From Paraspadella gotoi (Eukaryota; Animalia; Chaetognatha), in contig CM119268.1 in NCBI GenBank assembly GCA_051294375.1, positions 20,534,750 through 20,598,749 of the forward strand: a DNA stretch of 64,000 bases, in the 5' to 3' direction. This document shows, one piece after another, positions 24,740-36,539 of this stretch. The notes below the pieces were generated by a model. It was not told the DNA's origin, did no database searches, and worked only from the letters and a program-made list of their open reading frames with translations. The translations under genes and the position numbers were made by a program. The stretch's first letter is position 1; every line of letters starts with the position of its first letter.

Positions 24740-26725
24740 TCCTTTATTTTAAATCAGCATAAACGAGTAAATATGAAAATAATAAAAAAACAACTGAGTA
24801 AAATCAAACTAGACATAAAAATGAGACAAATTCCTTTCCATGGAAGAAAACATAAAAATAACATGATAGAAGAAGAAACTCTGACTTCAATAGTGACCTT
24901 GTCAGGAGTCACCCCACACCAATCACGCAGTTTCGGTCACCAGTCAACACTCACAGTTTACCAGGTTATCAAGATATAATAAACTTACAAACTTAACAAA
25001 ACTCGAACCAAACGAACAATCTCACAAAACTCTCACACAGTCTCTCACAGGATCACCGGTCTTGCTCGTTCACTGTCACCCTCTGAAGGCGATCCGTTCA
25101 CGCAGCCGCCGAAGAGAGAGAAGAAGACGGTCGATGAAATTATGACGTGAGGGGACTCCTGATGACGGGCGCGTGAAGAATGGCAATAGATGGCGTGAGA
25201 TGGCAAATGAACCGGCGGGAGATGGCAATGGATGTCGAGAGATGGCAATGGATGGGCGTGAGATGGCAAATGAATACGGCGTGAAGATAGAAATAGATGT
25301 TTTGAGATAGCAACGGAATGCTTTGACATAGCCAATGGACGGCATGAGATGGCAAGCGATGGCCGTGAGATGGTCAATTGACGGCGTGAAATGGTAATAC
25401 AGTGCGTTTGAAGGTAATGGAGGGCGTGAGATAAGCATGAAGATGGCCATAGATGGAGTGAGATGGTAATGGAATGGCGTGAGAAAGAGAAATTGATGAC
25501 GTAAGATGGCAGTGGTTGGGGTGATGGTAATTGTAGGCATGGAGATGGTAATTGAAGCGTGGATATGGGAACAGATGGCAGTGGAGAGCGTGAGAGGGCA
25601 ATCGAAAGCGTTAGACGGCAATTGGCCGTGAGAAGTCAATGGCTGGCGTAAGATGGGCAGTGGACGGGTGAAGATGGGAGATCGGTGACGCGAGAAAGCA
25701 AAAAACCCAAAAGCAAGATGGAAATGAAAAATAGTGAGATGGGTCAGTGTTTGGTTGTCTGTGGAAATGGACGACGTGAGATGGTAATTCAGGCGTGAGA
25801 AGGCCTGTATAGGTCGGAAAGATGGCGCGAGATTGCCAACGGATCGAGTCAGTGAAACATTGGAATTACGTCACTAATGCACAATGCATTTGAATTATGT
25901 GACGGCTAAATGGGTGTTGTAAACATTCAAAGAAAGGGCATAGAAATATCCAAACGTGATATTAAGATGTAAACATTTTAAGCAAATTCTTTTAAAAATA
26001 TGCGTAAAACTAATTTAAATCGAAAGGAACGTAAAAAAAGCGTCGACGTAAAACTTTTTTTGTTCCAATCTTTCTTCTTCGTCTTTTTTATATCAAGATG
26101 ACGGTGAAGAACGGACGATGAAGAACGACGATGACGACGATAAGACTACGCGACGACGATGAAGACGACAGTGGGAAGACGAACGATGAAGACAACGATG
26201 AAAAACGACGATGAAAACGACGATGAACGACGAATGATGAAGAACGAAAATGAAAACGAACGATGAAAACGACGATGAAGACTACGACGACGATGAAGAC
26301 GACAGTGAAAGACGACGATGAAAGACGACGATGAAACGACAAATGAAAACGACGAATGAAGACAAACGACGACGGAAAAGACGACAGTGAAGAACGACGA
26401 TGAAGACGAACGATGAAAACGACGATGAAGACGATGAATGAAAACGACAATGAAGACTACGACGACGATGAAGAACGAACGATAGAGAACAACGATGAAA
26501 ACGACGATGAAAAACCGTTGATAAAGACAACGGTGAAGAACGACGATGGAGACGACGAATGAAAACTGACAGATGAAAACGACAATAAAAGACGACGATG
26601 AAGTGACGATGAAGACTACGACGACGATGAAGACAGGATGAAGACGACGATGAAGACGATGATGAGACGACGATGAAGACTCCGACGACCGATGAAGACG
26701 ACGATGAAGACAATGACGAAGAACG
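23509..26725 (-). repeat. Left arm of ~5.9 kb fold-back palindrome
   Basis: Reverse complement of 26726-29400, e.g. TCCATCTCAAG...TTTTCATTATCCTC vs GAGGATAATGAAAAACTTTGAGATGGA. Begins just after 25 Ns (23471-23495). Confidence 0.95.
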
Positions 26726-27089
26726 CATCGTCGTTTTCATCGTCGTCTTCATCGTCGTCTTCACTGTCGTCTTCATCGTCGTCGTAGTCTTCATCGTCGT
26801 TTTCATCGTCGTCTTCATCGTCGTCTTCACCGTCATCTTGATATAAAAAAGACGAAGAAAAAGAAAGATTGGAACAAAAAAAGTTACGTCGACGCTTTTT
26901 TTACGTCCTTTCGATTTAAATTAGTTTTACGCATATTTTTAAAAGAATTTGTTAAAATGTTTACATCTTAATATCACGTTGATATTTCTATGCCCTTCTT
27001 TTGAATGTTACAACACCCATTAGCGTCACATTAATTCAAATCATTGTGCATTAGTGACGTATTCCAATGTTTCACCTGACTCGATCCGT

Positions 27090-27735
27090 TGGCATCTCGC
27101 GCCATCTCCCGACCTATACAGCCTTCTCACGCCTGTAATTACCATCTCACGTCGTCCATTTCCATCAGACACCAACACTGACCCATCTCACTATTTTTCA
27201 TTTCCATCTTGCTTTTGTTTTTGCTTTCTCGCGTCACCGATTCCCATCTCACACCGTCCACTGCCATCTCACGCCAGCCATTGACTTCTCACGGCCACCA
27301 TTGCCGTCTAACGCTTTCGATTGCCCTCTCACGCTCTCCACTGCCATCTGTTCCCATATCACGCCTTCAATTACCATCTCATGCCTACAATTACCATCAC
27401 CCCAACCACTGCCATCTTACGTCATCATTTCTCTTCTCACGCCATCCATTACCATCTCACTCCATCTATGGCCATCTCATGCTATCTCACGCCCTCCATT
27501 ACCTTCAAACGCACTGTATTACCATTTCACGCCGTCAATTACCATCTCACGCCATCGCTTGCCATCTCATGCCGTCCATTGGTATGTCAAGCATTCCGTT
27601 GCTATCTCAAAACATCTATTTCTATCTCACGCCGTTCATTGCCATCTCACGCCATCCATTGCCATCTCTCGACATCCATTGCCATCTCCCGCCGTTCATT
27701 GCCATCTCACGCCATCTATTGCCATCTCACGCCCC
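27090..27735. repeat. ~20-bp minisatellite (TTGCCATCTCACGCCRTCCA)n
   Basis: Degenerate tandem units. Mirror copy at ~25180-25835. Confidence 0.85.
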
Positions 27736-28157
27736 GTCATCAGGAGTCCCCTCACGTCATAATTTCATCCGACGTCTTCTTCTCTCTCGTTCGGCGGCGC
27801 GTGAACGGATCGCCTGTCAGAGGTGACAGTGAACGAGCAAGACGGTGATTGTGAGAGACTGTGTGAGAGTTTGTGAGATTGTTCGTTTGTCGAGTTTTGT
27901 AAGTTTGTAAGTTTATTATATCTTGATAACTGGTAACTGTTGAGTGTTGACTGGTGACCCGAAACTGGTGATTGGTGTGGGGTGACTCCTGACAAGTCAC
28001 TATTGAAAGTCAGAGTTTCTTCTTCTATCATGAATATTTTTATGTTTTCTTCCATGGAAAGAATTTGTCTCATTTTTATGTCTAGTTTGATTTTACTCAG
28101 TTGTTTTTTTTATTATTTCATATTTACTCGTTTTTATGCTGATTTAAAATAAAGAGA

Positions 28158-28201
<44 letters not shown>

Positions 28202-28609
28202 TTTATTTTTTCCACGGTGCGTTTTCATGCTTAAAAATGGTTTTGACGGAAAAGTCGAAGTATAAGATTCGATATGGTCATTTTTTTACCCAGAAAATCT
28301 CTATTGAATGACACATCCTTGACCTTTGGCAAAGGCTTTGCTGGTTTACCTTTGTTACAGATTACCCATCAAATTGAACGGTTTTCTTTCGTTGACAACT
28401 GAACAACATTTGATGTAGTATTTGTCTTACACAAACGGGTAAAGGGCAGCGTAGTTGGCATTGCCAGCCCTTCGCAAAGAGCACTGCGGCAAGTGTGCCA
28501 AGTGTGAGATGACCTCCCCCGCTACTGTGCGGTGGCCTCTGAGCAATTTCCCTTGTCGTTCGACGCGAAAAAAGAAAGTTGGGAGGCGATAAAAATAGCG
28601 GGATGGGTG

Positions 28610-29330
28610 GGCAGAACGAAAACTGTTTGAGGTGCGAGAACGCATGCTCAGTGAAGGCCAAAAGAACGGATGAAGAATAGAAGTGAGAACGAAAACTGTG
28701 AGGTGGAGAACGATGCTCGATTGAAGGCAAAAAGAACGAGAGAAAAAAGGAGAACGGAAAACTGTTGAGGTGGAGAACGATGCTCAATGAAGGCAAAAAG
28801 AATGAGATAAAAAAGGAGAACAAAATGTTGAGGTGGAGAACGATGCTTCGATGAAGCAAAAAGAACAGAGAGAAAAACGCGAGAACGGAAAACTGTTGCA
28901 GGGTGGATGAACGATGCCTCAATGAAGGCAAAAAGAATGAGATAAAAAAGGAGAACAAAAACTGTTGAGGTGGAGAACGATGCTCGATGAAAGCAAAAAG
29001 AACGAGAGAAAAAAAGAGAATGAAAACTGTTGAGGTGGAGAACGATGCTCGATGAAGGCAAAAAGAACGAGAGAAAAAAGGAGAACGAAAACTGTTGAGG
29101 TGGAGAACGATGCTCGATGAAGGCAAAAAGAACAAGAGAAAGGAAAACGAAAACTGTTTAGGAGAACAAGGACCGATGTAGGGAAAAAGAACGAGAGAGA
29201 GAAGCAGAATGAAAACTGTCAAGGAGGAGAACAAGCATCGATGAAGCGAAAAAGAACGAGGAAGAAAAGGAGAACGAAAACTGTTGAGGTGGAGAACAAG
29301 GATCGATGAAAGAAGGAAGAAGAAAAGAAT
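28610..29330. repeat. ~65-bp minisatellite (AAAACTGTTGAGGTGGAGAACGATGCTCGATGAAGGCAAAAAGAACGAGAG...)n, ~11 units
   Basis: Head-to-tail units without unique spacers. Mirror copy at ~23620-24300. Confidence 0.9.
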
Positions 29331-30419
29331 GAGAACAAAACACGTTGATGTGGAGAACGAAAGAGGATCAAAAGAGGATAATGAAAAACTTTGAGATGGA
29401 GAACGAGACTAAAAGAAAGAAGAAAGAACTAAAGAGAAAAGAAATTCCATCGCGTTTCTTCTATTTCAGAAATCATCTTCTATTTCTGCCTCCGGGAAAA
29501 AAGTTTTTCATAGGTTTACTATTTTAAACTTTATCGTTGTCGTCATCATCGTCGTCAACGTGGTCGTCGTTGTCGTCGTAACGATCTCCTCTCGTTTACT
29601 TGCTTCCAAAAATATTGTCAGAATCCATTTGAGTTGAGGTACACTTCCCTGGGGACAGATGAAGGGACAGGACCGTAAGGGAAGTTTGCAGGGTTTTTGT
29701 TTTAATTGTTATTAAAAGAACTTAAAATATACATTTTTTTTAAAAATACCCTAAATAAAATTATTTTATTAATTAAAGAATAATACTTTTTTAAGATAAT
29801 TTTATTAGTTACCTTAATAAAATTTAGTTTCAATTTTTTTTCCTAAGCTGCCCATAAAATTTACCCCTTATGCTGCCCAAAAATTAAAATTTAGCATATA
29901 AAACATAAAAATAAAAACCAATAAAAATACTTTGGTAAATTTATTTTTTAATTTTATACATTAGTGGGCACCAGTGAGCTATATTTATATATAGTAATAA
30001 GTATATAATAAGCTAAAATTTTAAATTGCAAATTTTTACATTTAAGATCGGATTCCTTGCAAAAAGTTGATATGAGAAAGTATAATTCTTTTTTAAAAAT
30101 TCTTTCATTAAGTTGGTTAAAAATGTAAAAAACTATATTTAAGACCTCAATTTTCATTTTCGAACTAAAAAATATAGTTTTTTTTTAAATTTTAACCTAT
30201 TTAATGACATAATTTTTGTTGCTGCGGTGGTGGTGGTGGTGGTTGCGATGGTGGCGGTGGTGGCGGCGGCGGCGGTGGCCGTGACAGTGGAGGTCATTTT
30301 GGTAGTGGGGATTATGGTAGTAGGAGGTGGCGTCTTGGTGATGCTAATGATAGACAACTTCGGCTGCGACGTCGTCAGATTATTTGTTGTCCTCAACCTT
30401 GATCCAGTTCATGCAAGGA

Positions 30420-31894
30420 CGCCGACGACGGTGATGATGACGACGATGACGATGACGACGACGATGATGACCGACGACAACGGTGATGAGGACGACGACG
30501 ACGACGCACGACGACAGACGGTGATGATATTACGAACGATGACGAGACGAGACGACGAACGATTATGACTGAGACACGACGAATGATGACGACGACAACG
30601 GTGATGATGACGAATGACGACGAGCAACCGGTGATGAATGACGACGATGAACGATGACGACGACGATGACGACGATGATGACGAGACGACGATGACGACG
30701 ACGATGATGAACGACGACGACAACAAACGGTGTGATGAAACGACGACACACAACGGTGATGATGACGAACGATGACGAATGACGACGACGATGACGACCG
30801 ATGATGACGAACGTTGATGACGACGGACGATGATGACGACGACAACGGTAGAATGATGACGATGACGACGACAACGGTATGATGATTGACGACAGATGAC
30901 GATGACGACGACGATGACGAACGATGATGACGACGACGACGAACGATGACGACGACGATGATGACGACGACGTGACGACGAACAACGGTGATGATCGACG
31001 ACGACGACGACCAACGGTGATGATGACGACGATGACGATGAACGACCGACGATGACGACGATGATGACGACGACGAACGATGACGACGACGATGATGACG
31101 ACGACGAACGACGACAACGGTGATGATGACGGACGCGACGAAAACGGTGAATGATGACGACGATGACGATGACGACGACGATGACGACGATGATGAACGA
31201 CGACGACGACGATGACGACCGACGAATGACTTAGACGACGACGACTGACTGACGACGACAACGGTGATGATACGATGACGACGACAACGGTGATGATGAC
31301 GACGATGACGATGCACGACGACGATGCGACGATGATTGACGACGACGGACGAAAACGATGACGAACGACGATGAATGACGACGAACGACAACGGTGATGA
31401 TGACGACGACGACGACAACGGTGATGAGACGAACGATTGACGATTAACGACGACGATGACGACGATGATGACGACGACGACGATGACGACGACGATGATG
31501 ACGACGACGACGACGACAACGGTGATGAATGACGACGACGAACGACAACGGTGATGATGAACGACGATGACGAATGACGACGACCGATGACGACGATGAT
31601 GACGACGACGACGATGACGACGACGATGATGACGACGACGACGGACGACAACGGTGATGATGACGACGACGACGACAACGGGATGATGACGACGATGACG
31701 ATGACGACGACGATGAACGACGATGATGACGACGACGACGACGAATGAACGACGACGATGAGACGACCGAACGACAACGGTGATGATGACGACGACGACG
31801 ACAACGTGATGATGACGACGTGACGATGACGTCGACGATGACGACGATGATGAACGACGACGATGACGACGACGACGATGATGACGACGACGAC
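30420..31894. repeat. ~1.5 kb (GAC/GAT)n compound trinucleotide array with ACAACGGT punctuations
   Basis: Direct. Frequent 1-bp indels consistent with low-coverage long-read sequence. Confidence 0.95.
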
Positions 31895-32587
31895 ACCAGA
31901 TTTTGTATTATTGAGGGAAACGAAGAATCATGAAAAATAATGCGGTGAGTGAATGAGTGAGATTATCAAAGTTGTGAGAGTGAATTTTTAGAGAGAGAGA
32001 ATTTTTCTCAATGGAAAAAACTCCGAACCTGAAACTTAAAGAAGTCCATTGATTTTTTCTCTTCAAAAAAAGTAAAAAAAAAAGCAAAAGTAAAGAGAAA
32101 AATAAAAGCAACAAGACAAGAAAAGGCGAGAGGAAAGACTAAAAAGAGAGAAAAAAGAAAAAAAAAGAAAAAGAAAATTAAAAATAAAAGAAAATGAGAG
32201 CAACAAAAGAGTAAATTAGAACGATAAACGGAAACGAGGGAAAATAAAACTGAGAAAGTTGAGAGAAAAAAAATAGAAAATAAAAGAAGTTGAAAATAGG
32301 AATTAAGAAGAGCGGAAAAGAATTAAAAAGAAAATGGCTGAGGGAGGGAAAGTAATGAAAGAAAAGTGGAGGAGAAAAAATAAAAAAGAATTTAATGTGA
32401 AGGGAAGTTCCTGAAAAAAAGGGAAGGGAACATATCTTTTTTTGGAAGCGCCGAATTGGAAGACCACTTTATATTATTTAAAATTAAATTATACTAATAT
32501 AAAAATGGGGAAAACTAACGAGTTCATGTATCCCATTTGATTAAAAGAATTAAAAACGTAACCATAACTAATATTTTGAATCAAATA

Positions 32588-32709
32588 CGTTGTAGTGAGA
32601 TTTCGTTGTAGCGAGATTTCGTTATATTGGGATTTTGTTTAAGCGAGATTTCATTTTATCGGGATTTCGTTGTAGTGAGATTTCGTTGTAGCGAGATTTC
32701 GTTGTATTC
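32588..32709. repeat. 16-bp tandem repeat (GAGATTTCGTTGTAGY)n, ~7 units
   Basis: Direct tandem units. Confidence 0.85.
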
Positions 32710-33192
32710 TTTCCTTTCGCGATTCAATTCGAACTTCGGTTTACAATAACAAGAAAAAAAAATCGCTCGACCAACGAACGGCCATCGTAAATTTAAGATT
32801 TTGCTGAGTACGGCTCTCTGTCTGAATTTTACATATCTACTTATATAATAAAGTAACTTACTGATCCGTATGACAACAAACGAGACAATAATATCAGTTT
32901 CGACTCACGTAATAACGGATTTAATTTCCTTTCATACATTTGATTGGGAATTCGTTTTCATTCACGTTCCTCTTTTAATTAAGGTATTCTCATTACTGGA
33001 AGACATGAGAGACACACGACCAGATGTGAGAGAAGAGAAAAGAAGAAAAAGAGAGAGAGATAATTATAGAGAGAGAGGAAGTACAAAGTAGAACAAGCGA
33101 GAAATTAAGAGAGCGAGACAGAGAGCAGAGTCGGCTCAGCTGCGTCGATTAGTCCCCTTATTTTTCCCGACTTGTTTCCCTTTTTGATCAAT

Positions 33193-33830
33193 CCATGTCT
33201 GTCTCTCCCTTCCTCCCACCATGTCTCCATGTTCCCTTCCATCCAAATCCATGTCTGTCTCTTCCCTTCCCTCCTCACCATGTTCCATGTTCCTTCATTC
33301 CAAATTCCATGTATGTCTCTCCCTTCCCTCTCACCATGTCTCATGTTCCTCTTCCATCCCAAATCCATGTCTGTCTTTCCTTTCCCTCCTCACTATGTCT
33401 CCATGTTCCCTTTCCATCCAAACCCCATGTCTGTCTTCCTTCCCTCCTCTCACCATGTCGTCCATTGTTCCCTTCCAGTCCAAATCCATGTCTGTTCTCT
33501 CCCTTTCCTTCCTCACCATGTCTCCATGTTCCCTTCCATCCAAATCCATGTCTGTCTCTCCCTCCTTCCTCCACCATGTCTCCCATGTTCCCTTCCATCC
33601 AAATCCATATCTGTTCTCCCTTCCTCCTCACTATAGTCTCCATGTTCCCTTTCCATCTAAAAATCCATTTCTGTCTCTCCCTTCCGCTTCCTCACCATGT
33701 CTCCATGTTCCCTTCTATCCAAATCCATGTCTGTCTCTCCCTTTCCTTCCTCACCATGTCTCCATGATTCCCTTCCATCCAAATCCATGGTCTGTCTCTC
33801 CCTTCCTTCCTCACCATGTCTCCATGTCTG
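33193..33830. repeat. ~59-bp minisatellite (CCATGTCTGTCTCTCCCTTCCTTCCTCACCATGTCTCCATGTTCCCTTCCATCCAAAT)n, ~10.5 units
   Basis: Units counted by eye. The mirror locus 51281-51441 has only ~2.5 units. Confidence 0.92.
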
Positions 33831-35937
33831 TCCTCCTTCAATCCCCTCTCCATTTGTCTCCCAAATCCTTTCTGTCACCATTTCCTCTCTTCCTCTCTAT
33901 CCTTCTTTCCTTTTATTCCTATTCCTCTTCTTCCTCCTTTTCTCCACTCTTCACTTCCTCCCTCTCTTCCTCCCTTTCCTCTCCTCAAATCTTCCACTTC
34001 CCGTTCTTTTACCCCTTCCTCCCTCTCCCCTCTCTCTCTTCCCTTCCCCTTCTCCTCTTCTTCCTTTTCTTCTTTCTCCAGATCTCCTCTTCTTCTCCTT
34101 TCCTCCTCTTCTTCCTCCCTTTCTCCTTCTGCCTTCCCCTCTTCTTCCTCTTCTTCTTTCTCCCATTTCTCCTCTTCACCTCCACTTTCCTCCTCTTCTT
34201 CCTCCCTTCCTTCCTTCTCCCCTTCCCCCCTCTTCTTCCTCCCTCCTCCTTTTTCTTCCTCCCTTTCCTTTTATCGTTTTCTCGATGATCCTCTCGATTC
34301 TTTTTCGCCCTGTCGATTGGTTTTCTTTCTCCCTTCTCTTCACCAGCATTTTCTTTTACTTCTTTCTCCCAGGCATTTTCATCTAACTTTTTTGCCAGCA
34401 TTTTCTCTTCTTTTATTTCTCTGGCCAATTCCTTATTCTCCAGCTTTTTTTCTTACTTTTACTCCAGGCATTTTTCTCTCTTTTATCCAGCTTTTTCTTT
34501 ACGCCGTTTCCAAATATTTCCGGAGGCCTTAAACCACCACAAGCCTTTCCAAAGTCGAGGGACAAGAAAAGCTTATTTATTAAATGGAATGGATAATTTT
34601 TTATTATTGGTTGTGCCAATTTCATACAGACAAAAACAAATTTAAATCATTGATCATCAAAATATCAATTTTATATTCAGTTAAACTTCAAAATAAATTC
34701 TTCAATTATTCATTTCCAAACCAAAACCAGAGCGATATGACATACGATTCACAACCACTACCTCACAACCACTACATCAAACTCCCCAGCGACGACCACA
34801 GCAACCACGTTTGTCTGCGCGTCAACCCTGGACCCGCACACGAAAAAAAACCGGCGGCGAAAGCGGAAGCTGTCCATAACGCTCCCCCCCGTCCCCCCTC
34901 GACATTCAGACTATATGAGGCCAGCAAATTGGACCCTCTGCCCATAAATATGGCGCGGGGCTCGTTATCATTCGGGCGGACGGGCAAAAGGGGGCGTGAC
35001 CGGCATACGCGAAGTAGACGGCCGTGGTGACGTCGCGAGGATGAGGAGTGAAGCGAGAGTCTTGGAGTTGTATGTGTTGTGTCCGTTGTTTGTTGGTTAG
35101 TCTCTTCCTTAGCATTTTAATTTTCGTCGTCTAGTTTATTTACGATCAAAAATTTGCAAGATTGCTTGTTTTCTACTAAAGTACTAAGTACTAAGTACTA
35201 AGTAGTAAGTACTATATTCAATTAGTTTAAAAATAAATATAAAAATATATATATATAAAAGTATTTAATTATTATTTATTTCAATTTAAATAATCTACAT
35301 GGGAAAGGATGTTGGAAATAAGGGAGCATCTATACAACACAAGGTTAAAGTTACTTTCTGCCCTAATTCTCTAATTAGAATTAAACATCATTCTTGTTTA
35401 AGAAGTGATTTATTGAAAAAGTCAAAATATCATAAAATTCAATTTTGTCGCCAGTTTGTTGGTTGTTATTAATCATGCAATTTTTCTTGAGGTTGAATTT
35501 TCATTTTCGTGTCATTCATCATCGCATTGTGGTTTGGTTGTTCGTACTCGTCTTCCTTTTTAATTTACGGTAGTGATTGCGAGGTAATGAGACAACTCTA
35601 GCGCAAGATGTACATTTACATACAATTCGTCGTCGTTGTCGGTCCGTCGTGTGTCGTCATCCTCATGTCGTCGTCGTCGTTTCTTCCTTCTTGTCGGATT
35701 AATTAAAAATGCCGCCCCATAAACTCCGAAAAAATAAATAAATTTATCGTTGAATAAAAAAATGTAAAATTTATGCGCGAATTCCGTCGCATGCATTTTT
35801 CTTCTTTCATTCCACGTTTCATTCCGACATTTATTTTTTTAACACTGATCATAAATAATTAATTACTTTTTTTTAATTCGTATAAAATTCTACTACATTT
35901 TTAACATTTTACATGGATTATTGATTATATTCCTTAA

Positions 35938-36470
35938 TTTTTAGTCGGATCTTGCTTATCAGGCATATTTCCGTCTCTGTAATAGACTTCAAAGTCGGGT
36001 CCGTCGGGTCCCAACCCTAAATCTTGTCGGGCACTCACTTAAATGATGTCAGAACATCAATTATGATAAATATGCAAAAAAAAAAGATGTCGTGTCTGTC
36101 TGTCTGCTGTCTGTCCGTCCTCCTTGGCCAAAAAGCTCAACTACTGTTGATTGGATGGATGGGATTAAAATGAAATTTTATGTGTGGTTAGGGAAATTGT
36201 GTGGACTTTAAGCTGGATATAAACGTTTCGATGGAATCGTGGCGAGTGGAAACGAGTTTCTTTAAATGGAAAAAACATAAGTCACCATTTACTTGCAATA
36301 TTTTAACTTACATTAACTCTAATTATTCATATTGGATGGATGGATTTAGCTTACAATTATGTCTTGGTTTAGCGAAACTGTGTCATGAGCTGGATTTAAA
36401 GTTTTGATGGAATTCATGCGAGTAGAATTAGTTTAAATTGAAAAACAAAAAATACAATTCATTGAAAAAA
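35938..36470 (+). mobile_element. HINE-like element family 1 (mirror copy of 48670-49170)
   Basis: TTTTTAGTCGGATC...GCTTATCAG 5' end, (GTCT)n, then central repeats. Noisy. Confidence 0.55.
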
Positions 36471-36485
36471 AAAAAAATTTAAGTT

Positions 36486-36539
<54 letters not shown>

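Larger units (their letters stand above)
26726..29400 (+). repeat. Right arm of ~5.9 kb fold-back palindrome
   Basis: The turn-around lies inside a GACGATGAA/TTCATCGTC microsatellite at ~26725 with no unique spacer. Confidence 0.95.

Noticed and set aside
30214-30402. Gly-rich peptide (GGGCDGGG...GHFGSGDYG) as an antimicrobial or cuticle protein exon
   Set aside because: No start codon or clear splice acceptor, with an in-frame stop just upstream. Consistent with a decayed (GGT)n tract.
30393-31896. Longest ORFs (341, 413, 201 aa; Ser/Val/Arg/His-rich)
   Set aside because: Reverse-strand readings of a (GAC/GAT)n array, open in several frames at once, with no domain content.
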